A program made the translations under genes and the position numbers. From contig JAQGDQ010000253.1 in assembly GCA_030141605.1 (NCBI GenBank), positions 80,911 through 144,910 on the forward strand: 64,000 bases of DNA. The letters are read 5' to 3'. Positions within the stretch are counted from its first letter, which is position 1. Every line of letters starts with the position of its first letter. This DNA is from Tubiluchus corallicola (Eukaryota > Animalia > Priapulida). Positions 22,854 to 36,823 of the stretch are shown one piece after another. The notes under the pieces are model-generated. The model was not told the DNA's origin, did not search any database, and was given only the letters and a program-made list of their open reading frames with translations.

Positions 22854-25800
22854 GTATGAGACGTTTTAGGTGTGAATATTAGTTCAACGATTTTAGTTTT
22901 TGCCTGTAGGTAATTCATTGTGGTATAAAAAAACGTCATTGTTATATTGTAAGTTTTTGCTTGTTTATTTCTATACTGTAGGGTTTTTTCACTTGTCATT
23001 AAGCATCGCTCGGAGTTATTATACCTTCTCTAAATTTATTCTTTTTTCCATCACGTTATATAAATTTGCTTTTCCGCTTATGGATCTATCAATTAAAACT
23101 CAGTTCTATATTTAATGTCAACTAGTCATAAAGCAACTTGTGAGCACTGTTATCCACTGAGTTCTGTAGTTTCCAAAGCACTGAACTGGTCAAGCATCTG
23201 CTCTTGGTTGCTCTGACCTGGAAGTCCAACAATTCAGTGCAATGCTGAGGTGCTAGAATGCTCATTAAATCCCTTTCCATGTTTTTTTTGTTTAGTTCTA
23301 TTTTAGTCGGACAAGACATCCATTTTGTTAGGTTTTGCCATTGTGCAACAAAAAATCAGGTTTAAACTTTAGATTGAGTTAGGGAAATCTGCTTTTGTTT
23401 AGCTTCTGCATTTTGGAGTTCTTCGTGCCACTTTTTATTACGTGGTAATTGTTAACATGTTATTGTAGTAAGGTTAAATAACAAGTTAAATACAAGATGT
23501 CAAGAACAGTACAGTATAATAATTATTTCTGGCAAAAACCCAAACATAGGCCAAAATTTAATTACTTGTTTCTTTCGTATTTCTCATTTGTATTTAATTT
23601 ATGTAATGTGGTAATCCCATTTTAATTCTCAAATTAGATATAATTTTTTCACTTCATTTCCCAATGAGGTGTTGATCAGATAATTTTTGCTGATTTTATT
23701 CTTAAAGTTAATTTAAGTGCAAATAAAGGATCAATAGTATTTTATAATTAAGAATCTGCAGAATCTTCTTGATTTATGCACGGTTTTTATTTATCTGTTT
23801 GTGCAGTTTTGTTTCTTTAATAACTCGTTTTTAGTTATTTTGCCGAACCTGTTATAAAACCTTAATAAAGCAACAAAACTGTGTTTAGCTATTTTTAATT
23901 AAGTCAAACTGAACTATGCAATTTGTATTTCCTGATATAACGGGTTTCAGTTCCAGTTAAATCCAATGTCCATCTGGCAGCATCAGTTGACCAAGTTTGA
24001 CCAACAACTTATTCACTCCATTTAATGTTGATAAGCCCAAACTAGAGTGGAATTTTTATGCTAAATAATTATGCGAAGTCTTCTCATATTACTAAAAGTT
24101 AAATACGCTTGGTCCAGGTAAATCTGGTTAGTTTTAAGTTTTAGGCTGTGAGTGTTATGTTTCCAAAATTAGGATTTGTTTAGAAAATCAGTTTTTTTAC
24201 TGTGTTGTGAGTAGACTTGCTTTCTCAGCATTTAAAAAAAAGGTTTTAGAAAATGAAAGAGGAAGTTTGTTTGCTGAAGATGAAGCACATGGGTGCAATA
24301 GATGAGATTTAAGCAGATTAGAATTATCATTGATGTGAATTTGATATGTCATTTAAATGAGTCAGTAAGATTAAGTTGCTAAACCATAGACACCATACAA
24401 TCTTGTATGTAAAAGCTTATAATGCCTTACACTGATAGTGCCTATATTTTTTTCTAAAGGTAGTCAGTCTCAAAAATTAATTAATGAAATAACTATATAA
24501 ATAAAATACCTGTTGGTATTCACAATATACAAAACTAATTACCATTGTTTTTCAATGACAAATATGTCCATTAGGAAAATAATGCTAGGCTTGTTTGCTA
24601 CTTGAACATCAAAAGTTATTTTTAAGTATCAAATCACAAGTAATTATAGAAGACTGTGTGCTTAATTGCCATCTATTTGATTAAAATTTGCTGGCAAACC
24701 GGTGAAATCAATGCACAGCAGAAGTAGTAATGTATGTGTGCAGCTCGAAAAAATAATTACATGACAATCTTTAACAGCTGCTTTATTCCCACCTTTAGTT
24801 CACATTATTGATATGCAGTATACCTGCTGCAACTCTATGCCTGATTTTGCTTACCGAAAGATGGAAATACACGTGAAGTTTTCCCACCCATTTACTATTT
24901 CAACTGCATTGTGAGGCTGATTGAATGTTATAAAGTAACTGTGGAATAACTGTTAGGCACTTTTAAAGTATTGATTAATTTTAATTTGTAGCTTGAAATT
25001 ATTTTCACAAATTACTGACTAATCCAGCTATGCAAGTATAACATATGCATGCGCTACTAACTAACAACTGCTGTTATACAAGAATAATACTTTAGATAAA
25101 ATATAATAATTTAATTTACATTTACATTATAGTTTAATTTACATAGCTCACAGTACTAATCTAAGTTGAGTTTTATTATTAAATTAGTAGAAGGGTGGCA
25201 GACTCGATGACCTTTCAGTTTTTTTGCCACCCTGTCTCTCTTAGTAGTCACATCATTTGTTAATGCTATGTTGATTATGTTATTGAGGCAAATAAATTAT
25301 TCTGTATTCTGTCTAAATCCATGGTGAACATGTAAAGTTTTGCCACTGTAGTGCACAATTTAGTTGCTTGACTTTTCACGCAACCCACCAGTTTTCACGA
25401 TCATGCTTTAAAGCAAAACTGGACCCAGTCTTAAACTGTAGGGCATAACAATCTATTCTTTAAAATATTGAAAGGAATCACTATTTTTTCAAAAATGACT
25501 TACACGAAAGAATTATTACCACAAAAACACAATTTTGCATTTGTGCCGCTATTTCTTCACTGTTACATGTATTTCGCCATTCGCTAGTTAGACGGGCACA
25601 AGCACCTGCTTTTCAGAAACACATTGCACAAAAAGCAGGTGCTGTACCTCTCAGTTCAGATGTGTTAGTTTATGATGAACTACACACGTGTGGCAGCTCA
25701 TGCGTGAGCACAGTGGTAAATTCAAAATTTGAATTTTTATCTTAAAACTTGCCTAGTTTTAGTACAACACACTGAGTCTCTTACAGTAGCACTGTACTTC

Positions 25801-26514
25801 AATTTTCACTTTCACAAACATGCACAACACACTCGTGGAATATGTTTGCAGTTGAAACTGATGTTAGTTTGCGATGTCATCAATGGTTGGACTCGCCCAC
25901 CATTAACTAAGTTTTTAATCTGTAATTTAATTATCAGAAACACTTTTGCAGTTTTCATTGTGTTAAAATGTATGCTTTTTATCCGATTTCAGTAGTGTAG
26001 TATGTGAAAAATCACCCTGCCTTCCTTTAAACATGTTATTTTGTTCCTGGCTCTGACCTCAGTCTACAAAGTAACAGTAACAACAACAGATCAATCAATT
26101 AATGGCCTGTTAAGTGGAAAAACTGGTGGGAAGCCCAGTGCATGTAGGTTTAACTACATGTTAGTAAGCTGAGAGACTAGTTGTTGAGCAGAGTGCTATC
26201 TGGCAGCTAATAACAAATCTCTACTAAAAAAATTATCATTTATTTATCTGTCTATTATCTATCGTGTTAAACATAAGAAAAACTTCAAAAGTAAAACAAG
26301 TATCATCTTTGAACAAGTGTTCAAAATAATCAGATATTGTACGTAATGTAGAGGAAAACTTGTTGTTTCTACCATTGCCTTCAAGAAACAAATTTAGCAT
26401 TGTTTTCGTAATGTCAACCTTGCTCAAATTTATTGCAGTCACTTTGCCAAAGCGTCTTTTTTGTAACAATGCCTGATTTTTGATTTGGTATTTCAGCTCT
26501 TTTCCTGCTTACAG

Positions 26515-26688
26515 GTTTCCCGAATTAAATAGAGATATTACCGAGACAGTCACTTCCCTTGTGTCGCTCCGAAGTTCGTGTTGTTTGTTTAGACCAAGAC
26601 AGGAACTAGAACGTGTAGGATTACTTCGAAGAATAGTTGTCATTTCCACCGTTATTTGCAAGCAAGTGCACGATGCTCTTGTCACCAG
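26515..26688 (+). CDS. ERMARD: ERMARD exon 11 (in-frame alternative acceptor possible at 26497)
   Basis: FPELNRD...CLFRPRQELERVGLLRRI...QVHDALVT; phase 2/2. Confidence 0.9.
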
Positions 26689-27440
26689 GTAATTTTTTTA
26701 AAACAAAAATTTGAGTTTACAATGTCTTGTAAAAATGCGTGATTTGATGGAACCACGCTTTTCGATTTCGAATTCTTGAATCTAAGTGTTATCAAGCGAC
26801 CAACTGAGAGCGTTATTATTAGCACATTTTACTGAATCTGTTTTCGATAATTTGGAAGTGTTTATGCTTCTAAAGTCTACTTTCTAAAAAAAGCTATCAC
26901 TTCTTTGATTCAGCAAAGTCCTGCTAAAACTTTCCGTTAAATGTAAGTCATGTGGTCCTTTTGTACAGATTTGTATGGTTTCAATCAATCAATCAAATCA
27001 ATCAATCAGTTTATTTCACTCCAGCAATACATATACAATACGTCAACATACAATATTATTGAAACAAAAAGAAACAGTATAGGTAAGAAAATGAAGTCAA
27101 ATTAACCGAATAAAAGAGTTGCTGTATGATGGTTTATGATTTATGTGGGGCTTTGACATGATTTGAAATTGTATGTAAGGAATCTGCGACGATCAATAAT
27201 CTAAATATGTTTCATTTGATTTTTTTGCAACTTATCATTATCTTTTGAGTTTAAGCTTTCTTACTTTGCAATGTGTTAAGTTTTTGCCAAGAAAACCACT
27301 CTAATTTTCTATTTCATTTATGAATTCATTTTCTTTGTTCCTCAAACCGTTCCACTTTTAGCTATGTCACTATGAATAAGGCTTATTATATTCAACCAAG
27401 GAAGTGCCAGAAACTGTTGCTGAGATTTAATAATTTTCAG

Positions 27441-27617
27441 GAATGGGCAGCTGGAAAGAAAGCAATTACGTTCTCGTCAACGTGCCACTTATCACAGGAT
27501 GCTTCACAGTGTACCTGTCATTGCGAGTGGACTTGCGGTCGTTCTTGTTCTCATTGTTGTTGAATATCTGTGCCTTGGAATAAATGTGCATGGCCATCTG
27601 CCTGATCAGATTGTCAG
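27441..27617 (+). CDS. ERMARD: ERMARD exon 12 (includes transmembrane segment)
   Basis: NGQLERKQLRSRQRATYHRMLHSVPVIASGLAVVLVLIVVEYLCL; LRSRQR motif. Confidence 0.93.
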
Positions 27618-27737
27618 GTATGTATAAAAAAGAGAACCATAATCGTATAAAAGGGAAATGTTTTCGAGGGTGTATGTCGATTCATTTGACATGAGCAGTT
27701 AGTGATGACAACAATGAATTCCAGTGGTGTGAGAATA

Positions 27738-28533
27738 CAGACAAACCTCTTTATACCGCTGACTTTCGAATGGGAAAAAAGTTAGCGTTATGGCGAGTTT
27801 GGCGTTATAATGAGGTATGTTAAATTTTGACCTAGACAAATCGTAGAACAGTGAGACAAGTGTACACAGGTTTGAGTCCTTAATTTTACTCTAATGTTAA
27901 ATCAATAAAAAAATTATTAGATTAATCATTAATCATTTGTGACTTAATGAGTCATTCAAAATCAATCATCTTTATCAAAAGCATTTTGTTTACATAATAA
28001 ATGTGTCTTGTACTCAACTACATACATGTAATAGGCTGTAATCTTGTATATTGTATATGAAAAAAAAAATTTAGTCAAAACTACAAATTTCTTGCTGGGA
28101 TTTGCTTGGATGATTCTTAGGAAACAAGCAAATATCACATTTCTTGTGGCAAAAAAAGAACCATTGTCAGCTGCTGTTTTGGCTACGTGGCGCCTTAACA
28201 ATAATATCAGAGCTATCAATCCTTTACTATTGTGATGTACGGTACAGCTTGAAAACAGTCAAATGCAAATATTTTTGCACCATACTCAATATCTGGTCAG
28301 TGTAGTGGACGTGAGCAACCTTCCACAGCTGGTACAATATCAAGGTTGCTGGCGTGGCCGGCGTTATTTCCTCATTATAATTAATAACATATATATTAAT
28401 GTGCCTAGCAGATAGCAGGTAGCGGGAGGCGGTATATAATGGGTTATTTTTAAATGCAGTTTAATACAACCATTATGTTCTTGGCCATTTTGCAGGCGGT
28501 AAACAAGTTTGGTGGTATAACGAGGTTTGACTG
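27738..28533. mobile_element. Tc1/mariner (pogo/Tigger-type) MITE
   Basis: TA|CAGACAAACCTCTTTATACC ... GGTATAACGAGGTTTGACTG|TA (18/20 TIR match, TA TSD). Confidence 0.85.
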
Positions 28534-29670
28534 TATTAATATAGAACGAGGCAGCAGACAAGATGAACTCCATGAGATAGATCAGTTAAATCATGTGGAT
28601 TACACAGTTATGAGCCTGACCAATGTAGAACTCTCTCATCTGAACACCTTGCTACTTCCGTTAAGCCTTTGGGATGTTATACCCCCTTTTACGAAGTAAA
28701 AAGAATGTTTTTATACCATTTGTTTGGAGAAGCAGTTGAAAAAAATCGGTATCTAATTGATTCTCATTTTGGTTTCAAAATAAATAGCAGAAGAATTACA
28801 AATCAAAATCGATGTCAGTTATTATTATATTGGAAAAACGGTTATGTTTAAATTGCAACATATCTGCATTTATGCACATTACGACTATTATCTTTTATAT
28901 CATGAATTTGCACTTTGAATTTAATTCCATGGATAGACAGACACCCCCCTTACAGACTACAGTCCACTTGCTTGAACTGTGATGTCTGAGTCGTGATATT
29001 GTTTTATAAAGCACTGACCTGCTTTATGACCTGATTTGCAATTAGTAGTTACTGATGCTTAAACTGGGTTAATGTATGTGAACAGTAAGACATAAACCAT
29101 CTCTGTGAAAGTTCTGCAACATATGAGCCTGCATTGCATTAATTTTACTGAAATTTGATGAACTGCTATATCAAGCATAGCTGACAGATCTAGTGCAATT
29201 ATTTAATATCTTTTTTTCTGATCCAGAACACACAAAACGTCTTTATAGACTCTTCATGAGTGTATTTTAACTTGCTTTGATGTGCATTCAGCTGTCTGTC
29301 TGTCAGCTAGCTATAAGGCTACTACACGATTTTAGATTGGAAAGCGAGTGTTTGATACGTAATTCTTTGTAAAATTAACATCTCTTAGGTAAAAGTAAGC
29401 TTTTATCAGCTTATAGGGTTTTTAATGTGGAAAAAGAACCTTAACGGTAGTACTTATTTTATGTTGCTTGTTTTTTACCAAGATAAAACTTTGTCGGTGC
29501 CAAGGGTTATTTGTGTGGTGCCATTTCTTACCAGAACTGATCTGAATTAAGATTTGCGTGAAAATTATTTTTATAAGTAACAATCCCTTGAATATTTTTG
29601 AGTATTACTTTGAACATGAAGGTTTTATTTTTGTGTCCAGCATTAAGTGCAGGATCTAGAAAGCTTTGTC

Positions 29671-29997
29671 ATGCTGTTGGTGGTTGTGTTGCTGTTTGTC
29701 ACGTTAATCTTTGAAGGCCATCACAGGCCTAAAATTGTGTGTGAATATAGTATGGTCCATTGCACAGAGTGTAAAAAACCCAATTTTTCACTCTTCCGAT
29801 GTGGCCCTCAAAGATGCCGGTTAAATGGATTTGCTCAACGAATGCGTATTCCAAATGTTTGCGGGAAAACAGATTCAGTAACAACAGTAACCGCTTCCCA
29901 TGATTTTTGTATGGAAACTATACACTTTACAAGGAATATGCAAATGAGATGTGCTGGTGCTAAACACATTAGTGCTTCCATTTTAGTTTGTTTCTGA
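29671..29997 (+). CDS. Candidate small secreted Cys-rich protein (108 aa) nested in ERMARD intron 12
   Basis: Acceptor ttttatttttgtgtccag| at 29640; gtcATG; hydrophobic N-terminus MLLVVVLLFVTLIFEG; 9 Cys; no recognised homology. Confidence 0.25.
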   Translation: MLLVVVLLFVTLIFEGHHRPKIVCEYSMVHCTECKKPNFSLFRCGPQRCRLNGFAQRMRIPNVCGKTDSVTTVTASHDFCMETIHFTRNMQMRCAGAKHISASILVCF

Positions 29998-30587
29998 GGT
30001 TTTAAATTGTTAGACATTGTTTATACTGTAATTTGTAGCTAGAGGTAGATCGAAATGCACCAAACGTGCCGTAAGTTCTTTCTAAGCAAAAATATATAAA
30101 AATAGTTTCTGCCTGTTGCGAAACATGTGCGAACTAAATGCCCCCAGATGCTACTGCACTTGTGTGATCTTGATCATTTGCATTTTAGAAATAAAGCTTA
30201 TTTGTTAAGTTCGTCTCTGTGCAGGTTGGTAAAGGCAACTGAACGAGCTGCTTTCTGTTAACCAAAAAAGTAAAAGAACTTGAGTGCAGTAGTGGAACGA
30301 TAGGTGATTCTTTTCTTGTAGTCTAATTGCTGGCGTCTTCATTTTATCTCATGTTTTCTTGTAAATCTAATCTTTCATTTTCACCTTTCATGTTGCATAT
30401 CTTTCCCTTCTCTTCTCATTAGTTACCTTTTATTCCTGTTTCTGCCCATTCTCTCCCTGTTTGAGTTTGACTTTTACATGTTTACACGTTTGGACTGATA
30501 ATTAGTATTTTATTTTTAGATGTTTCTTTGCTTTATTTATTACTTTGTTTTATTATTAGTTTTGCCACATTGTTGCAATGTAATATA

Positions 30588-30860
30588 AATTTATTTATAC
30601 AGCACACTACATCATTTAAAATCTCAGCACGCTGAACAATAAGATACATTTAAAATTCATAAGAAACACAAAATTTGAAAGACATTAAAAATTAAAAATA
30701 ATTCATCATGAAAAGTACAGTTTAAACAGATGCGTTTTAAGATGTTGTTTAAATTAATCTAATGAATTTGTAGAATGTATAGCAACAGGTAAGTTATTCC
30801 AGAGATGTGAAGCACAGAGAGAAAAAGCTTTTTCACCATAGAATACCATATTAGGAATTA
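30588..30860 (-). mobile_element. L2-clade LINE 3' fragment
   Basis: Minus strand AFSLCASHLWNNLPVAIHSTNSLD*FKQHLKTHLF, then a 3' UTR ending GTGCTGTATAAATAAA. Confidence 0.75.
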
Positions 30861-33800
30861 GCTGATGTAAATTAATTTGTTCATTAGCTTTATGCAATCA
30901 TTCATATGAAATTTGTAATAAACTCTATTATTGATACGTAATTGAAATTTGCTTGCACTTAAGTTTGACCATGTTTGACCATGACTTATTCAGAATTACT
31001 GAATCATCTTATTTTACTATATTGCATTACTGCGTTACATTGAACTGACAGGTATTGTTGCTAGTTAAATATTTATTAGCAGTGTATGTCATTACAGGGT
31101 TAATTAACACTTAGTATGTAAAAATCGTAATATTATTAAGACTGAGTTCGACTTTAAACCAAATTAACTGGGATCTGACACGTTTATAATGTTGCTACAG
31201 TATCAACAATTTCGCACCTTAAAGGTTAACATTTTACTTTATTTGAGACTCACAACTACCAGGGGTCGCTTTGCAGATTCTCAATTTGTGTATGCCTTAG
31301 CACAGTGACACAGGGATTTATTTGTGACACATGTGGCTTTTGCCTTCATAAATTTATATAAAATAAAAAATTGGATTTTCATAGTACTTCAAAGCAGTTT
31401 TAGTCGCTCTGTAAGAATTTTTAAAAGTTAAGTAACCGGCGTGAAAACTTTCAATGAAGTTATATCGATACTAATGAGCAAATGGCACATGCGCATTTTG
31501 ACAAATCTAATTGTCTCATTTTCTTTAATGGACGGGCAGAATTGGTTCATTTTCATTCCCCTGCAAAGGCTTCATGTTAGGAAGGGCAATTAATTACTGC
31601 TTTACCATCAGCGTCAACATTATGTGTGTTATTGTGAAAAGTAACTACATGTAGATGTACAAGCGTTTTCTCATTATTGTGAAACACCTTACCTGTAGTG
31701 TGTGTGCGTCACAAGCTTGCCTGCCCAAATAAGGGGAATCGATGTCAAACAGGTGTGCAGTTGTTTGATGTTCACATCAGAAGTTTGCCTTACCAGCATT
31801 GGCTGATATTACAGCAGTAATTAACGATGGTAAACAACTGATTTCTCGGATTCAATTGCGCGCCTGACGCGGTATGTGTGATTGATTTTCACTTGAGAGT
31901 TCAGTCTGCGCTGCAGAGTTCTACGGACAATTTGTAGACCGTGTTTTTACAAAATGCAGAATGCTTCCAAGTTAAGTCATCTCTCGCATTCAGCCAGCGA
32001 TAATTTGCTTTGTACATCCACTTGGGATTAATCAGCGAATACAGCAGATAATTACTTGCGAAGATACTTCTAGACACAAAAGTTCAATTGGTAATTATGG
32101 ATATTGTTGTTCTCAAATTAAATTTTAATTTGAGTATTAGTGTTAGTAATTATTTTTCAAATCATATGAACAGTTGGAGTTGTATTGATATGCTTTGCAA
32201 ATAGTTTTGCTTTATTTTAGTGCTCATCAGCTTGATTGCTAATACAGACACTTGATAATTCATTGTGCATTTATATATTTTTCGGCCTTTTCTTAGTACT
32301 GCTTAGAATACAAAAACTTAAAATATTGCTTATTTGTTAAATCAGACAGTTATTTGTTTTCTGCTGTTATGATAATTAAATCTGGATCATAAGTTTGTTA
32401 TTTTTCAAATTCAAAAATTTTTTGATTAATCTAATGTAATTGTCAGGGCAATTTATCTTGCTTTTTTACCTTTTTTCTTTCTTTTTGCAATTCACATGTA
32501 TATTCATAGTCTCTTTATAGATATATGTTATAACTTCCATAAAACAAACAGTTGATAACTATTACTTTTCTTAAAGTTACTGATTTAAATTTCGTCTCAC
32601 AATGTTTAGCAACGCATATCTGATAACCATGATTTGTTTTTTGCTGTTGTTATATTTTTGTTTTTTGTATTTATGGACGTTTATGTATTTTTTAATAGTT
32701 GTGTTCTGCTGTCATTAGCGTCTTTTTGTTTACTGTCTTTCTGAGAAGGGTGGTTGACTCGATAACCTTTGATTTAAAGCCACCCTTTCTCCAATGTTTG
32801 TTTGTATTTTTGTGTATTTTATTGTCAAATTATTGTAAATTTATGGAGAAAAATAAAAAAAATTACTAATTACTAATTGATAGGCGTGATGAATAACGAG
32901 GAAGGTGAGATAGTGTCGGCATTCATAATAGGGCTACACGCTAAAGGTAGTGTCCGTTTGAGTGGTTCACCGCCATTACAGCGTTTTTGATATGTAGCAT
33001 ACACCAAACTTGTCAGTATGAGTGTTGTTTAATGACTAATGGTGTACGTTACGCGTAAGATCAACAAAGCCCGAGGCGCAGAGCGCAGATAATTTGCCAC
33101 TTTTAATGATTATTTTCTTTTTGTCATGCGTAATTAATTAAACAAGAAAAATTTTCCAAATGCAACATTGAGCCACAGTTTGCTAGCCTTTAAACTTGCT
33201 TATGATCTGGGAGCTAGAAATACCTTTAAGATTGATCCTGATCTGTGGTGTTTTGTATTTTTATGATATTTTGAAGGATGTAGCCGAGTGGTCGTAGCGT
33301 GTGCTTGATAACAAAAGTTAAGCAGCCCGTGGTCATTAAATAGACAGCTGATGGTTTGTTGCACCAATTAACATTACTTCTGTGAATTTTCAGAGTTTTT
33401 TTAGTTGCATTATGCGTTTTGTAGCGTTTACAATGTATATTATTGTTTTTATATTTTATTATTGATGAGTTATAACGTTGCATCATTTTTTCATCATCAG
33501 TGTTTAATACATTATTGGATACAGTGCTACAATATAATACAATTGGATTGTAACGCCCTGGATTCTCTCCAAAATGGTTTGTTCTTAAACTGCTTGAGCT
33601 TTTTTATATGAGATAAATTAGCTATGATGTTCCCTTCTGGCAGAATGTGTGGAATTTTGTGTACACAAATTTAAAAGTTGACAAATTTTAAAAGTCAACT
33701 GAGCGAAATCGTCCCGTAAATATCTGAATCAGTTATATCAAATTTTGAAATGCCTTCAGCAAAATTTATTGCTCTTAGTTAGCCGCTAGCTGCATAAAAT

Positions 33801-34467
33801 GTTAATCTTCACTCCTTGTCATGTGTTTTCCTAGCCACTAGAATTATTTGTGGAGCTTAAAATTTGATTGAAGAAGCCATTTTGATTTAAAGATGGCTGA
33901 CACTTATCAAACGTTTCAAATTGCATGCCCAAGTTAAAAAGACTCAGTTTTTTCCAGTATGAAGTATGATGTTGCATGTACAGCGGGTTTATTTATTTAT
34001 TTTTACTTTATAATTCAGCCAAACTAATCTTCCAATTTAAACATAATTTTTTAAATTCACAAGCTAAAATACCTTGAGTATTTTTATTTTGAAAAAGCAA
34101 TGATGCTAAAGAATTTGCATAATTTCCGTCAGGCGTAAAGGTTTTTCACATCTGATTCACTCTAATCATCCATGATTTTCATAAAGTTATTAGTAACTTG
34201 ATCATATTTTTATCACTACCATCCTTTTTAGTGGTATTAATGTAAGTGATCACACGAATCCTATCTAATATTTAAGAGCAATTGCACGGCCTAGATAGTA
34301 CCAGCAACTATTTATATTAACTAACGTGTGTTTTAGTGCATTCGGGGATTGCTGTGTCTGTTTGTTCTGGTTTGATGCCACACTTGGTTCGTTTAGCAAA
34401 TAATGAAAATAACATATCCGCCAGAGGCAGTGAAACTAGAGTAATAGTAGTAAAGCAGCCTGAATTG

Positions 34468-36079
34468 GGAGCAAGGCTTCAGAGTGCCACAACAACACAA
34501 GTAAGTTAGGAGCAAGGCTTCATAGTGCCACAACAACAAGTAAGTTAGGAGCAAGGCTTCATAGTGCCGCAGCAACACAAGTAAGTTGGGAGCAAGGCTT
34601 CATAGTGCCGCAGCAACACAAGTAAGTTAGGAGCAAGGCTTCATAGTGCCGCAGCAACACAAGTAAGTTAGGAGCAAGGCTTCATAGTGCCACAACAACA
34701 CAAGTAAGTTAGGAGCAAGGATTCATAGTGCCGCAGCAACACAAGTAAGTTAGGAGCAAGGCTTCATAGTGCCACAACAACACAAGTAAGTTAGGAGCAA
34801 CGCTTCATAGTGCCACAACAACAAGTAAGTTAGGAGCAAGGCTTCATAGTGCCGCAGCAACACAAGTAAGTTAGGAGCAAGGCTTCATAGTGCCACAACA
34901 ACACAAGTAAGTTAGGAGCAAGGCTTCATAGTGCCACAACAACACAAGTAAGTTAGGAGCAAGGCTTCATAGTGCCGCAACAACACAAGTAAGTTAGGAG
35001 CAAGGCTTCATAGTGCCGCAGCAACACAAGTAAGTTAGGAGCAAGGCTTCATAGTGCCACAACAACACAGGTAAGTTAGGAGCAAGGCTTCATAGTGCCA
35101 CAACAACACAAGTAAGTTAGGAGCAAGGATTCATAGTGCCGCAGCAACACAAGTAAGTTAGGAGCAAGGCTTCATAGTGCCACAACAACAAGTAAGTTAG
35201 GAGCAGGGCTTCATAGTGCCGCAGCAACACAAGTAAGTTAGGAGCAAGGCTTCATAGTGCCACAACAACACAAGTAAGTTAGGAGCAAGGCTTCATAGTG
35301 CCGCAGCAACACAAGTAAGTTAGGAGCAAGGCTTCATAGTGCCACAACAACTCAAGTAAGTTAGGAGCAAGGATTCATAGTGCCGCAGCAACACAAGTAA
35401 GTTAGGAGCAAGGCTTCATAGTGCCGCAACAACACAAGTAAGTTAGGAGCAACGCTTCATAGTGCCACAACAACAAGTAAGTAAGGAGCAAGGCTTCATA
35501 GTGCCGCAGCAACACAAGTAAGTTAGGAGCAAGGCTTCATAGTGCCACAACAACACAAGTAAGTTAGGAGCAAGGCTTCATAGTGCCACAACAACACAAG
35601 TAAGTTAGGAGCAAGGCTTCATAGTGCCGCAACAACACAAGTAAGTTAGGAGCAAGGCTTCATAGTGCCGCAGCAACACAAGTAAGTTAGGACAACAACA
35701 CAAGTAAGTTAGGAGCAAGGCTTCATAGTGCCACAACAACACAAGTAAGTTAGGAGCAAGGCTTCATAGTGCCGCAGCAACACAAGTAAGTTAGGAGCAA
35801 GGCTTCATAGTGCCGCAACAACACAAGTAAGTTAGGAGCAAGGCTTCATAGTGCCGCAGCAACACAAGTAAGTTAGGAGCAAGGCTTCATAGTGCCGCAG
35901 CAACACAAGTAAGTTAGGAGCAAGGCTTCATAGTGCCACAACAACACAAGTAAGTTGGGAGCAAGGCTTCATAGTGCCGCAGCAACACAAGTAAGTTAGG
36001 AGCAAGGCTTCATAGTGCCACAACAACACAAGTAAGTTAGGAGCAAGGCTTCATAGTGCCACAACAACACAAGTAAGTA
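34468..36079 (+). repeat. 41-bp minisatellite, ~39 units
   Basis: Unit GTTAGGAGCAAGGCTTCATAGTGCC(A/G)CA(A/G)CAACACAAGTAA. Confidence 0.97.
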
Positions 36080-36823
36080 AATAACTATGGAAGTTTTTGC
36101 TGAATCAAAGTGGTTTATTTATGATATTGCAGCAATGATCAGGCTGAAATAACAACAACAAAATAATTACATATAATACTGCATAGAAGGTAAGTGCAAA
36201 TATAAATGTTTCGAATTATACTAATTTAAGAATTGTTCCTTTAATCACAAAAGTATAACTGCAAATAATATACCGTTCTTAATGTTAAACATCTGCTTGA
36301 CACTGCATGGAGTTCTTATTGCTAAATGTGTTAAAAATTGCCTCCTGGCAAACAGCAATACGGGTGCTCTTCATATGCTGAAATCTTCGAGATCCTCTAG
36401 TAAGTGCTGTTGATTAGTGCAGCACACCCTGAACGTGACATTGTAAAGTGAGACCAGCTAATTGGCTATTGTCCATTCGTCCCTGCACGTTTCATTTCCT
36501 GCCACGATGTCTAACAAGCTAAAAAGTATTGACGAATGGTGCACGTTGCAGATCAAAGCAAAGTATTACAATACGATCATGAAAGAAATTTGCCGTGCCC
36601 GTTTTCCACTTTCAGAGCTAACTAGTTGATTTGGCAAATAACAAAGTAGCCACTTTAGACCTCATAAATTAGCATTGTTATTTCTGTATGCGTGCATTAG
36701 TGAATGTGAACTCTGTTAGAATTACTGCATATTAGATAAAAACTGTTTTACCTGTTTTTGTGGGAAAATATCTCATCTGTATCAGCTCTTTTACAACTTC
36801 GTCAAACTTTTAACGTTTTTTAA

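Noticed and set aside
26236-26469. 77-aa minus-strand ORF in ERMARD intron 10
   Set aside because: No recognisable motif or convincing splice context.
34468-36079. CRISPR-like appearance of the 41-, 38- and 56-bp arrays
   Set aside because: Head-to-tail units without unique spacers, no cas genes, eukaryotic context.
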